Assembly: GCA_963806535.1 (NCBI GenBank) | Contig: CAWDYC010000008.1 | Span: 96,001-160,000 of the forward strand | DNA: 64,000 nucleotides | Origin: Candidatus Bathyarchaeota archaeon | GTDB taxonomy: Archaea; Thermoproteota; Bathyarchaeia; Bathyarchaeales; Bathycorpusculaceae | Direction of reading: 5' to 3' | In this document: piece by piece, positions 51,498 to 62,197 of the stretch | Numbering within the stretch: position 1 is the stretch's first letter | How the letters are laid out: every line of letters begins with the position of its first letter | Notes under the pieces: generated by a model | Database searches by the model: none | What the model saw: only the letters and a program-made list of their open reading frames with translations | What the model was told of the DNA's origin: nothing | Translations under genes and position numbers: made by a program

Positions 51498-52810
51498 CGC
51501 CGTTCTCTTCTCCGATTCCTATCTCTACGCGGTCCACCGCCACCTCTAAAAGGTGGTCGCCCTCCGCCTTCCCGAGGCCTGAATGGCCGATCTCCACCTT
51601 CCCTGCGTTCCCCAAATTGCCCTCGTCCTTCCGGTCGTGGTTTAGCTTCTTTTGGTGGCGGCGGCTCCTTGTATTTTTCGCGAATTTCTTCTAACCGCTT
51701 GTTAATGTCTGCTTTCAATCGGTCTCCGATGTAGTGGCCTCCGAAAGCATCGGCTCTAGCTGCAATGGCAAGTTTTCCAGCGATTACTCTTGCAATTTTT
51801 CCTCTTTGCCATCTTTTTGCATCATGCAGAAGTGTGTGCTGGAAGATTAAGCCATGTTTTGGTGGTCTCGCACCTGTTTTTAATGAGCGGAAAAGAGCTT
51901 TTTCTGCACCCAAGACTTGTATTGTGCTTGCGGGTCTCATTGCTAACGTTTGTAAGCTGCCCGCGATGGCGATTAATCTTGCACCTAGAAGCGCACCCGC
52001 AACTGCTCGTACGTTGGGCGCCATCTCCTCCATAGTTCGGTCAACATAGTTATCCATGTTCTTGCGAAGTTCATAGAACGATAGCACGTTTCTGGCTAAT
52101 TCTTGTATCTGCAGTAAATCTCGTTCTGCTATGTCTGCGCCCATGGATGATTCAGCTGCTTTCGCAACCAATTGGGCTCGCTCTTTGGGAATGTTTTCCT
52201 TCTCTAAGCCCTCAATAGTGTAGTTTTCCCTATCTCCTAAACTCATGGCGAGTCTTGAGTAAGTTTCATGTTTCTCGATTAAACGGTCAAGCTCGGGGAA
52301 ATATACGCCATACCATTCTCTAAGTCTGCCCATGAATAAGTTGACTGTTCTGTCCAAATCATCTAGGGTTTGTATGCCTTGAGCTATGATTAGGTCTCTT
52401 TTTTCTGAAGCACCTTTAATTCGCAGTTTGGCAAGCTCCATGCTTACGTTGCGGTTCCACAGGCTAAGCTCCTTGTCATCGTTAACAAAGCCTGATTCAA
52501 CAGCGGCTTCATTCATGCGGGAACGGAGAACTTCTGCTTCAGCGGGTTTTGCAACTTCCACCGTAACATTCATTTTTCGCTGAATTGCTTCTGCTAAATT
52601 TGCTTTTTCAAAAACAAATGTGTCATATCCTGAGTTTTTAAGGATTGAAATTAATGAGAAAACTTCATCAGACATTTGTCCAGCTTCAGCTTTAAGTAAG
52701 CTTCTCGCTGCAGCCTGAGGTTTTTTTGGAAACAAAACCTTCTCTACTAAACTATTTTTGTCGTCGAAAGCTGCAATACCAAAGGGAAATTGAATTAGGA
52801 ATGCTTTCAT
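51494..52810 (-). CDS. nop5: C/D box sRNP protein Nop5 (Nop56/58) with Arg/Gly-rich tail
   Basis: RLREWYG.YFPEL, PASTIQVLGAEKALF, PKHGLIFQH, RGKIAR. Confidence 0.95.
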   Translation of the reverse strand: MKAFLIQFPFGIAAFDDKNSLVEKVLFPKKPQAAARSLLKAEAGQMSDEVFSLISILKNSGYDTFVFEKANLAEAIQRKMNVTVEVAKPAEAEVLRSRMNEAAVESGFVNDDKELSLWNRNVSMELAKLRIKGASEKRDLIIAQGIQTLDDLDRTVNLFMGRLREWYGVYFPELDRLIEKHETYSRLAMSLGDRENYTIEGLEKENIPKERAQLVAKAAESSMGADIAERDLLQIQELARNVLSFYELRKNMDNYVDRTMEEMAPNVRAVAGALLGARLIAIAGSLQTLAMRPASTIQVLGAEKALFRSLKTGARPPKHGLIFQHTLLHDAKRWQRGKIARVIAGKLAIAARADAFGGHYIGDRLKADINKRLEEIREKYKEPPPPKEAKPRPEGRGQFGERREGGDRPFRPREGGGRPPFRGGGGPRRDRNRRRERR

Positions 52811-53032
52811 ATTTTTGAGCCCCAATAAACTATGTATTGTCACTACTCTAACTTAATAAACCGTTATGTTGCCTTAAATTGAAAGAAACGTATTTTTCTT
52901 TGTTATTGAGGGCTCTTACTTTGTTTGTTTAAAAAAACCCATAGTGTTCAAACAACCAACTGAACAAAAAATTGTTTATGGTCTAAAAAAGAATCTAACG
53001 AGCGCAATAGGCTTAAGACCCGCTCCCTATAG

Positions 53033-53249
53033 CGGTTATTGATGGGTGTTTGTGCAAATTTTTTCTTTGTGTTTTAGATTGCTTTTTTGATTTAGGGCTT
53101 GCGATGTTTGCAGGTCACGTACAGAAAAGTGTGGAAACATACAGAAACGTATGGGAAAGTATGGAAAAGGTTAAAAACGTACAAAAAAGTATTAAAAAGT
53201 CCGCAGGAAAAAAATCGAATCTTCAGTCGTGATGGGAAAATGCTTTTAT
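53033..53249. repeat. Dispersed non-coding element, copy 2 (inverted relative to copy 1; eight 10-bp units)
   Basis: Core 53033-53128, units from 53119 to 53198, end motif AAATC-N3-TCTTCAG-N4-GAT-N6-ATGCYTTTAT shared with copy 1. Confidence 0.9.
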
Positions 53250-53544
53250 TAATGAAAACACAAAAACTATCGAGTTAAAGAAATAGATTAACTTAGACGC
53301 AGACAAAAAAATTCGGAAGAGAGAGGGGGAATCATTCACCTGCGTCTAAGTTATCCATTTTATTGCGCTTTTGGGCTCGTCCTTCTGCGCGTTATTATAA
53401 CAATGCTTCTTGGATGATAAATAATGATGTGATTGTACAATTACAGTAACAAGTTTAACAAGTTTAAAACAGCATTTGCGCTTGATTGCCCGCGTAAGAT
53501 ATTTAACTTCGGATTCTTTATGGGAAATATGAGGAATTAGAGTA

Positions 53545-55018
53545 CTATTTTTTTCCAAGAGGAAATTCAAGGGTGAACCTTGTTCCTTTTCCAACTTGGC
53601 TTTCAACACTTACCTTACCATTTAAGGCCTCAGTCAACTTTTTGACAACTGCCAAACCGAAACCTTGTCCTTTAGCTTTAGTTGTAAATAGAGGCTTGAA
53701 GAGTTTATCTTTTGATTCCTCTGGTATACCTACACCGGTATCTTGGACAGTTATCACCAACGTATGGTCGTTGTTTTCAGCTTCAAGGGTTAGTTTTCCA
53801 CCTTCTGGCATGGCTTGAACTGCATTTGAAGATAGATTTATTAGAATTCTCTTCATAGCGGCAGGATCGGTCAATAATTTATTAAGGCAAGGCTCTACAG
53901 AATAAAAGACATTTATGTTTTCAGGAATTTTCAAGTTTGAAAAAACATCATCAACAATTTTTGTAAAATCAGTTTCTTCAATTGAAGCAGCTATGGGTTT
54001 AGCATAGTCTTGAAGATCGGTGACAATCTTGTTTATATAAAATGTATTATCTTCAATTGATTGTACGCTTTCCTGCAGGTACTTTTTAGATTGGCTATCA
54101 GGCAAATCCTCTATTTCTTTTTTTGATAAGAACAGCTCGCCGATGATAGCTTGCAAGGGATTGCGGATGTCATGACCAACCATCCCCGCTGTAGCGCCAA
54201 TTGCAGCTAGACGTTCATTATCTTGAAGCTGTTTTTCTAAACTCATACGCTTACTAATATCATTAAATAATATGCCCACTTTCCAGGGTTTTCCTTCACC
54301 GACTGGGAATGCAAAAACATCGTAATAACGGTTCAATGCTCTTGCTTCATTAGTGAAACGAACGGGCTCTCCTGTCATGGCGACCTTACCGTAGATCTGA
54401 AACCAATGCTCTTCATGATTTGGAACAAGACTGCGCATTAATTTTCCCGCTGCGTCATGTAATCCCGTCTGTTTCTCAAATGAAGCGTTAATTTCCAGAA
54501 ACCGATAGTCCAGAGGCTTTGCATCTGCATCAAAAATCAACTCGACAATGCAGAAGCCCTCGTCAATCGAATCAAACAATGTTCGGTATCTTGCCTCACT
54601 TACCTTCAGCGAAAGCGTACGTTTTTCAACGGTTTCCTCTAATTTCTTACGTTCAATGGCATAACGTATCGCTCGAAATAGTAAAGTAGCGTCAAACTTT
54701 CCTTTGATAAGATAGTCTTGCGCACCTCTTCGGACTGCTTCTAAAGCTACTGAGTCATCGTTGAAACCAGTTAAGACAAGAATAGGTAATTGTTTCGCGG
54801 ATGCATGTATCTTTTCAAAAGTATTTAGACCCTGACTATCAGGCAGTCCAAGATCAAGCAAAATGGCATCTATGCCATTTGCTGCCAAACGATCTAATCC
54901 TTTTGAAAGCCGGTCGACGCGCTCTATTTTGCGTATACCCGTTTGTTCAGTTAGCATCTCTTCAATAAGCCGAGCGTCACCAGCGTTGTCTTCAATCAGC
55001 AAGATTCTAATTTTCTAT
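53545..55018 (-). CDS. Hybrid sensor kinase: receiver-PAS-HisKA-HATPase
   Basis: (K)IRILLIEDN, LLDLGLPD, GAQDYLIK, GHDIRNPL, NLSSNAVQA, DTGVG, GQGFGL; the start codon appears disrupted by one base (see findings). Confidence 0.9.
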
Positions 55019-55464
55019 TGCTCCTTTGGAGGCAGTTTTACTATAGTGAACCAGAATTCTTCAAGTGCATGAATTATTTCAACGAATCGGTTTAAGTCAA
55101 CAGGTTTGGTGATGTAGGCGTTTGCATGCAGATTGTATGTTTTGATTATGTCTTCATCTGCTTTTGATGTTGTTAGGATAATCACGGGAATATGCTTAAG
55201 CTTGGGGTCTTTCTTGACTTCAGCTAATACTTCTCGACCATCTTTTCTAGGCAAATTCAAATCCAATAGTATCATATCGGGAATCGGGGCATCTACAAAT
55301 TGTCCTTGCCTATGCAAGAAGTCCATTGCTTCGACGCCATCTTTAGCGACGTAAATTTCGTTTAGTACTTTTGCATCTTTTAGGGCTTCTTTGGTTAACC
55401 GAACGTCTCCAGGATTGTCTTCCACTAGTAAAATATCCACCGCTTCTGCATTAACTTTCTTCAT
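55015..55464 (-). CDS. Single-domain response regulator (Rcp1-like)
   Basis: ILLVEDNPGD, LLDLNLP, LTTS, ANAYITKP, FWF. Confidence 0.93.
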   Translation of the reverse strand: MKKVNAEAVDILLVEDNPGDVRLTKEALKDAKVLNEIYVAKDGVEAMDFLHRQGQFVDAPIPDMILLDLNLPRKDGREVLAEVKKDPKLKHIPVIILTTSKADEDIIKTYNLHANAYITKPVDLNRFVEIIHALEEFWFTIVKLPPKEQ

Positions 55465-55469
55465 TTCTT

Positions 55470-57347
55470 TTAATCACTCCTTTTTTGTTTGTTTAATGTG
55501 AAATAGATAGTTGAACCTTTTCCCACTTGTGACTTGATCCAGATTCGTCCGCCATGGCGTTCTACGATCCTTTTACAAACGGCAAGACCTATTCCGGAAC
55601 CAGGATATTCTTCTCTGGTATGAAGACGCTGGAAAATCTTGAAAAGCCTATCGAAATATTCTGGGGCAATACCTATGCCGTTATCACGCACTGAAAAAAC
55701 GTATTCATTTCCTCTATCTTGAGCTGACACGTGAACTCGTGAGGGCTCTTTTCCATGGAACTTTATTGCGTTGCCGATCAAATTTTGAAGCAGTTGAACA
55801 AGTTGCCCTCCATCAGCGTTAACTACTGGAAGCTTATCATGCGTCACCACTGCGTTGTTTTCCGTAATTGACGCCTTCAGATTCAGAAGCACTACTTCAA
55901 GGGTTGACTCAAGGTTCGTTGGTTCAAATGGCTTGCCAAGTCTGCTAACTCGAGAATAAGTCAAAAGGTCATCGATTAAGCCTCGCATACGGTTGGCTCC
56001 ATCAACAGCGTAGCCAATGAACTCGTCAGCGTCCTTGTCTAATTTTCCTTTGTATCTCCGCTCCAATAGCTGGACGTAACTTGCTACCATGCGCAGTGGC
56101 TCTTGAAGGTCATGCGATGCTACATAGGCAAATTGTTCCAATTCAGAATTTGACTGTTTGAGTTTTTCCATGGTTAGTTTTATTTCATTCTCCATTGCGT
56201 TGCGTTCGGTAACATCTCTTGCAGCTGCAAAAACACCTTGTATGTCGCCTTGTGGGTTTCTATAAATTGATGCGTTGTACAATACGTCGGTAATTTTGCC
56301 CGACTTATGACGAATTGCCAAGGGATAATCTTTGACAAAGCCTTCGGTGAAAACTTTCTGGTATCCTGCTCTTGCATCTCTGGGTTCAGTGAAATAATCG
56401 GAAAAATCGCTATCGACAAGTTCTTCTCGAGTGCATCCGGTAACGTCTTCAGTTGCCTTGTTAACATCGGTAATCTTTCCTTCCTTGCTAATAGTAACCA
56501 GCGGGTCTAAGCTTGCCTCGATTAAGCTTCTTGAATAAAGTGAGGCAGCAAACAATTTTTGTTCAGCTATTTTCCGTTCGGTTACATCACGCGCAGCTGC
56601 GAAAACTCCCTGAATTGTACCATCTTCATTTCTGTAAACTGTGGCATTGTATAATACATCAGTGATTTTGCCAGATTGGTGACGTATAGCAAGCGGGTAA
56701 TCTGTAACGTATCCCTCTGTAAACACTTTTTTGTAACCGATCCGAGCTTTTTCTGGTTCCGTAAAGTAATCTGAAAAATCGCTTCCGATCAATTGATCGC
56801 GTGTGTAGCCAGTGACTTCCTCAGTTGATTTGTTGACGTCCGTGATTTTACCTTCTGCGCTAATAGTAACTAAAGGATCAAGGCTTGCTTCGATTAAGCT
56901 ACGAGAATATAAAGAGACGCTTTTCAGCTTCTCTTCTGCTTGCCTACGCTCAGTGATGTCCCGAGCTGCAGCAAAGACACCTTGAATTTCTCCAGCCGCG
57001 TTCTTGTAAACGCTTGCATTGTACAATACATAGGTTACTTTGCCTGATTTATGACGAATAGCCAGAGGATAATCTCTTACATAGCCTTCCGTGAACACTT
57101 TTCTGTATCCAGCTCGAGCCTCCTGAGGTTTGGTGAAGTAGTCGGAAAAATCGCTTCCAATCAATAAGTCCCTTGAACATCCAGTGACTAGTTCTGTGGC
57201 TTTGTTGACGTCGGTTATTTTTCCTTCGGCACTGATTGTCACAAGAGGATCAAGGCTTGCTTCAATAAGACTTCGTGCATATAACGATGCAGAACGAGTC
57301 TCATCAGCCGTTTTTCCCTTAACCGGTAGCTTTTCGTTTTTCACCAA
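55470..57347 (-). CDS. Sensor histidine kinase with three tandem PAS domains (Cph1-like kinase core)
   Basis: Three 124-aa repeats starting SLY(A/S)RSLIEASLDPLVTIS; YVASHDLQEPLR, NLIGNAIKF, DNGIG, GSGIGLA. Confidence 0.93.
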   Translation of the reverse strand: MVKNEKLPVKGKTADETRSASLYARSLIEASLDPLVTISAEGKITDVNKATELVTGCSRDLLIGSDFSDYFTKPQEARAGYRKVFTEGYVRDYPLAIRHKSGKVTYVLYNASVYKNAAGEIQGVFAAARDITERRQAEEKLKSVSLYSRSLIEASLDPLVTISAEGKITDVNKSTEEVTGYTRDQLIGSDFSDYFTEPEKARIGYKKVFTEGYVTDYPLAIRHQSGKITDVLYNATVYRNEDGTIQGVFAAARDVTERKIAEQKLFAASLYSRSLIEASLDPLVTISKEGKITDVNKATEDVTGCTREELVDSDFSDYFTEPRDARAGYQKVFTEGFVKDYPLAIRHKSGKITDVLYNASIYRNPQGDIQGVFAAARDVTERNAMENEIKLTMEKLKQSNSELEQFAYVASHDLQEPLRMVASYVQLLERRYKGKLDKDADEFIGYAVDGANRMRGLIDDLLTYSRVSRLGKPFEPTNLESTLEVVLLNLKASITENNAVVTHDKLPVVNADGGQLVQLLQNLIGNAIKFHGKEPSRVHVSAQDRGNEYVFSVRDNGIGIAPEYFDRLFKIFQRLHTREEYPGSGIGLAVCKRIVERHGGRIWIKSQVGKGSTIYFTLNKQKRSD

Positions 57348-57597
57348 ATATAGGTTGCCTTCGTAATAATTTTCAATTAATTAGAGACTATTACAAAATA
57401 TTTGATGATAAAAGCTTTTTCATTTGGTGTAACAAAATTGGACGTACATTATAAAATCATAAGTTATCGCTCAAGTACAATACCTGTCGTGGGGGGTTCG
57501 ACATTTTTGGGGGCATAGTGAAGCATTAGTTAAGTTTAAAATCTTCTCTAAAGATATAGGTAGAGCACCAATCTGAGATCGTAGGGGAAAAGGGTTT

Positions 57598-59814
57598 ATG
57601 GTAAATCAGCCACCGCAACGCGCACGCGGCGTAAAAGTACTCAAAGCCGTCTCGTCACCTCTCAGACTGCAAATCTTAAACTTACTTTTCGACAAAAGCG
57701 CTCTCTCGTACACTGAATTAATGAACCAGTTGAAAATGAATCCCAGCCGAGATGCAGGTAGATTCGCTTATCACCTAAAATTTATGTTAAAAGCTGATTT
57801 GGTTGAGGCAGATGTTGAAGCAAAAAAATATTATCTGACTGACCTTGGCAAAATGGTTCTTGATGTTGCTGATCGTGTGGAAAAGAAAGCGTTTAAGCCG
57901 AAAGGAATGATTGTCCGCACATCCCATTTAACACTTGAAGAGTTTGACGCAAACAAAATAGCTAATTCTCTAATAAAAGAAGCAAAAGTGCCGGCTGAAC
58001 TTGCTCAAAAAGCAGCTAAAGAAACTGAAAAACGTTTAATCAAATCAAAAACAAAGTATTTGACTGCCGCTTTAATCAGGGAAGTCGTGAATGGTATTTT
58101 AATTGAGAAGGGCTATGAAGAATACCGCCATAAACTCACTAGAGTCGGCATGCCCGTGCATGAGGTAACAGTTTCAATTGAATCAAAAGACCAAACCACT
58201 GATTCAACTGCTTTACTTATTAGGGCAGGTCAAGCAGTTCTTAGCGAGTACACTTTACTCAACATTTTTCCAAGAGATATTGCTGACGCTCACCTTTCAG
58301 GTGCCATCCACATTGACAATTTAGGCACATGGATACTGAAACCAAACGAAGTCAGCCATGACATGCGTTTCTTCTTCCAAAACGGGGTCAAACTCGACAA
58401 TCCACTTCAAACATCAATGGAGCCACCGAGAGATTTTGAATCTGCTTTGTCAATTGCATTCAATATGCTTTTGCATGCAAGCAAAGAAACAAATCGGGTC
58501 CAGATATGTAATTACTTCAACATTTTTCTTGCACCCTTTGCTAAAGGTGCTGAAACGACAAGAATAAAGGAAAATTTACGTTTGTTTATTTTAAACGTAA
58601 ACCAACAAACCGAATCTACATTAGTTCTTGAACTTTCAATTCCAAAATCAACCGCTGAAAAAGAAGCAATGGGCCCACTTGGAAAAATCGCAGGAAAATA
58701 TGGCGATTATGCTCAAGAAAGCCAATTGCTGGCCTCAATTATTATTGATATATTCTTGGAAGAAAACGCCAAAAAACCCCTACTTAATCCTAAACTCATA
58801 ATTAGGATTAACCAGGACAGTTTAGCCGATGAAAACGCCAAGGAAATTCTATTTAAGGCACACCGATTATCTGCAGAGAGAGGAACACCCTATTTTGCCA
58901 ACATAACAAAAAAAGAAACCGAAAACACTGTTTTCTCACCTTCAGGAGCTAAACTTTCAGCGGACCTGACAGGAGATTGGGAAACCGACACACTTCGGAC
59001 AGGCTGTCTTGGTTGCGTAACAATAAATTTGCCCAGAATTGTTCAAGAAAGTGAGAAGGACAAAAACAAATTTTTCGAGCTTGTAAGGGAACGTTTTGAA
59101 GTTGCCGCTCGAACCATAGGAATCAAGAACAATGCATTAAAGCAATTTGGAAAAAACTCCTTGCCGTTCCTGCTAAAAAGCTCCAGTGGAGACACTTATT
59201 TCAGGCTTGAAAACTGCTCCAGAATTATCAACTTGGCTGGATTTAGAGAGGCAGTAGAAGCTTTTACCGAAAAAAACATTAACTCTGATGAGAGCCGCAA
59301 GTTTGCCGAAGAAATCATTCAGAATCTTCTGGCCTTCAAACAGAAAATCGGCAGAAAACATGGAAAGAGACTGTACCCCGTCATTCTTAGCAATCCTGAA
59401 GCGTCTGAGAGGCTCGCCCAATTAGACATTGAGAAGTATGGAGTCGCCAAGACAAAGTTTTCGGGAACCAGAGAAAAACCATATTACTCAACCGCTAGAC
59501 GATTCCAAGTGAAGGCTGCTGAAATTCTAACCATAGCACCCGAAATACTAGAAATGGCGCAAAAAATGAAGGGGCTAAGTGTCGGTGGAACCCTGGATAT
59601 TATAGAGTTAGATGGTGCTGAAGTAAAACCTGAAGCATTAATGGATTTAACAAAACGCATTATTGAAAACCAATCTTTGGAGTTTTTCACTTACAACCGC
59701 ATCATCAGTTACTGTGATAACTGCAAGAAAAGCTGGTTTGGAACAGTTCACAAATGTCCATCCTGCGGCTCAATGAGCGCATTGACGACGTTCGATCGCT
59801 TCACTTCTATATGA
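57598..59814 (+). CDS. ArsR-like HTH + ATP-cone + class III ribonucleotide reductase (NrdD)-like fusion, apparently catalytically inactive
   Basis: HTH (SPLRLQIL..LSYTELM..FAYHLK), ATP cone (FDANKIANSLIKEA..LIREVV), NrdD landmarks ADAHLSGAIHI, GTPYF, GDWETDTLRTG, VTINLPR, CDNC..CPSCGS; no GCR and no RxxGY. Confidence 0.85.
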   Translation: MVNQPPQRARGVKVLKAVSSPLRLQILNLLFDKSALSYTELMNQLKMNPSRDAGRFAYHLKFMLKADLVEADVEAKKYYLTDLGKMVLDVADRVEKKAFKPKGMIVRTSHLTLEEFDANKIANSLIKEAKVPAELAQKAAKETEKRLIKSKTKYLTAALIREVVNGILIEKGYEEYRHKLTRVGMPVHEVTVSIESKDQTTDSTALLIRAGQAVLSEYTLLNIFPRDIADAHLSGAIHIDNLGTWILKPNEVSHDMRFFFQNGVKLDNPLQTSMEPPRDFESALSIAFNMLLHASKETNRVQICNYFNIFLAPFAKGAETTRIKENLRLFILNVNQQTESTLVLELSIPKSTAEKEAMGPLGKIAGKYGDYAQESQLLASIIIDIFLEENAKKPLLNPKLIIRINQDSLADENAKEILFKAHRLSAERGTPYFANITKKETENTVFSPSGAKLSADLTGDWETDTLRTGCLGCVTINLPRIVQESEKDKNKFFELVRERFEVAARTIGIKNNALKQFGKNSLPFLLKSSSGDTYFRLENCSRIINLAGFREAVEAFTEKNINSDESRKFAEEIIQNLLAFKQKIGRKHGKRLYPVILSNPEASERLAQLDIEKYGVAKTKFSGTREKPYYSTARRFQVKAAEILTIAPEILEMAQKMKGLSVGGTLDIIELDGAEVKPEALMDLTKRIIENQSLEFFTYNRIISYCDNCKKSWFGTVHKCPSCGSMSALTTFDRFTSI

Positions 59815-59817
59815 AAG

Positions 59818-60771
<954 letters not shown>

Positions 60772-60922
60772 CTAAATAACACTTTGTATAGAACCAATAG
60801 TTTTTTTTCCGCCAAGTTAGTGCTTATATGCTTTTGTGGTTGTTCGGCGACTGCTACACAGTTTTAATAGCAACCGTTCGCCCATAGTATTTCCAATTAG
60901 AAATTTTAAAAGGTGTTTTAAA

Positions 60923-61120
60923 ATGGAAGCAATAATGGAAAAAATTTCTAAACGACAAAAAACAAAAGAATCTTTCAATTATAACGGATATATGCCCAGA
61001 ATATACGAAGTCAGATCTCCATGCCAATGGCTTGAAAATTGCCACGACGGCAAATGCCCAGCTTTCACCAAACTTAATGGTAACTTTTATTGCGCACGCG
61101 CAAACCAAATCCACCTCTAA
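60923..61120 (+). CDS. Small 4-Cys hypothetical protein
   Basis: 65 aa from ATG 60923 (AGGTG upstream); C-X5-C-X4-C-X11-C; T-tract after the stop. Confidence 0.5.
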   Translation: MEAIMEKISKRQKTKESFNYNGYMPRIYEVRSPCQWLENCHDGKCPAFTKLNGNFYCARANQIHL

Positions 61121-61184
61121 ATTTTTCTATTTTTAATTGAAAAAGTTTATCATTAACTTTCTAAGAGTATTCATTAAAATCGCA

Positions 61185-62096
61185 TTAACTTTTCAAAGCA
61201 GCTATCGCTTCTTTAATGATAGCAACTGATTTTCCAAAACGCTCCTTCGTTTCATTTGACAGATCTAACTCAATTATTTTTTCAACTCCCTGTTTTCCAA
61301 CAACTACAGGTACACCGATAGAAACGTCTGAAAAACCGTATTCACCACTAAGACAAGTTGATACGCTCATAACCCGGTTTCTTCCCGTCAGAATAGCGTC
61401 CGCCATAATCGCAATAACGGTTCCGGGAGCGTACTCTGTTGAACCTTTAAGTTTTATCACGTCTGCCCCCGAAGATACCGTTAAATGTATTATTTTTTCA
61501 ATCTGCTCTTTATTTAGCAATTTTGTTACTGGAATACCCGAGACAGAAGCGTATTCAACAAGTGGAACCATGGAGTCGCCATGTTCACCAATCACTAAAG
61601 CACGTGTGTCCTCTCTCGAAACATTAAGTTCATTTGCAATGTACGTTCTAAAACGCATTGTATCCAAAATATTTCCCATGCCAAACAAGCAACATCTAGG
61701 AAAACCTGATTCTTGCGAAGCAACATAAGTCATGATATCAACCGGGTTGGTAACAATCATAAGCTTGCACTTAGGTGCATATTTAACAACTTCCTTAACG
61801 ATTGACCGCATGATTTGGGCATTGGTATTCAATAAATCGAAGCGTGTCATATCAGGTCTTCTGCCAAGCCCAGCCGTTACAATAACAAGTTCTGAGCCTT
61901 CCATTTGGCTGAAATCACTAGTCCCTTGGATTGTTCCATCAAACTCGATGGCGGGCGCTGCCTGCATCATATCAAGGGCTTCCCCTTTTGCCTGGTTTTC
62001 GTTGGCGTCAATTAGAACTACATCGCTTATTTTATAACGAAGAATATCGAAGGCAGCGGCACTTCCGACTTTGCCCGCTCCAATTACTGTTATCAT
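61185..62096 (-). CDS. mdh: Malate dehydrogenase (LDH-like)
   Basis: VIGAGKVG, GEALD, TAGLGRRPDMTR, VTNPVD, LDTMR, GEHGD. Confidence 0.92.
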   Translation of the reverse strand: MITVIGAGKVGSAAAFDILRYKISDVVLIDANENQAKGEALDMMQAAPAIEFDGTIQGTSDFSQMEGSELVIVTAGLGRRPDMTRFDLLNTNAQIMRSIVKEVVKYAPKCKLMIVTNPVDIMTYVASQESGFPRCCLFGMGNILDTMRFRTYIANELNVSREDTRALVIGEHGDSMVPLVEYASVSGIPVTKLLNKEQIEKIIHLTVSSGADVIKLKGSTEYAPGTVIAIMADAILTGRNRVMSVSTCLSGEYGFSDVSIGVPVVVGKQGVEKIIELDLSNETKERFGKSVAIIKEAIAALKS

Positions 62097-62197
62097 ACAA
62101 TAAAATTAAGATTATATCCTTAGATATAATCTGCTCGCTAGGGACTACTAAACTAAAAAAAGATTTGTTAGAGTTCTGATTGCAAGAAAAATCTTAT

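Noticed and set aside
53050-53232. ORFs over the repeat elements (53050-53232, 31469-31702, 31482-31664) as a small protein family
   Set aside because: A 2-bp indel between the copies breaks the shared frame, and a 10-bp period does not fit codon structure.
53346-53609. 87-aa ORF overlapping the kinase 3' end
   Set aside because: Out-of-frame overlap with no recognisable features.
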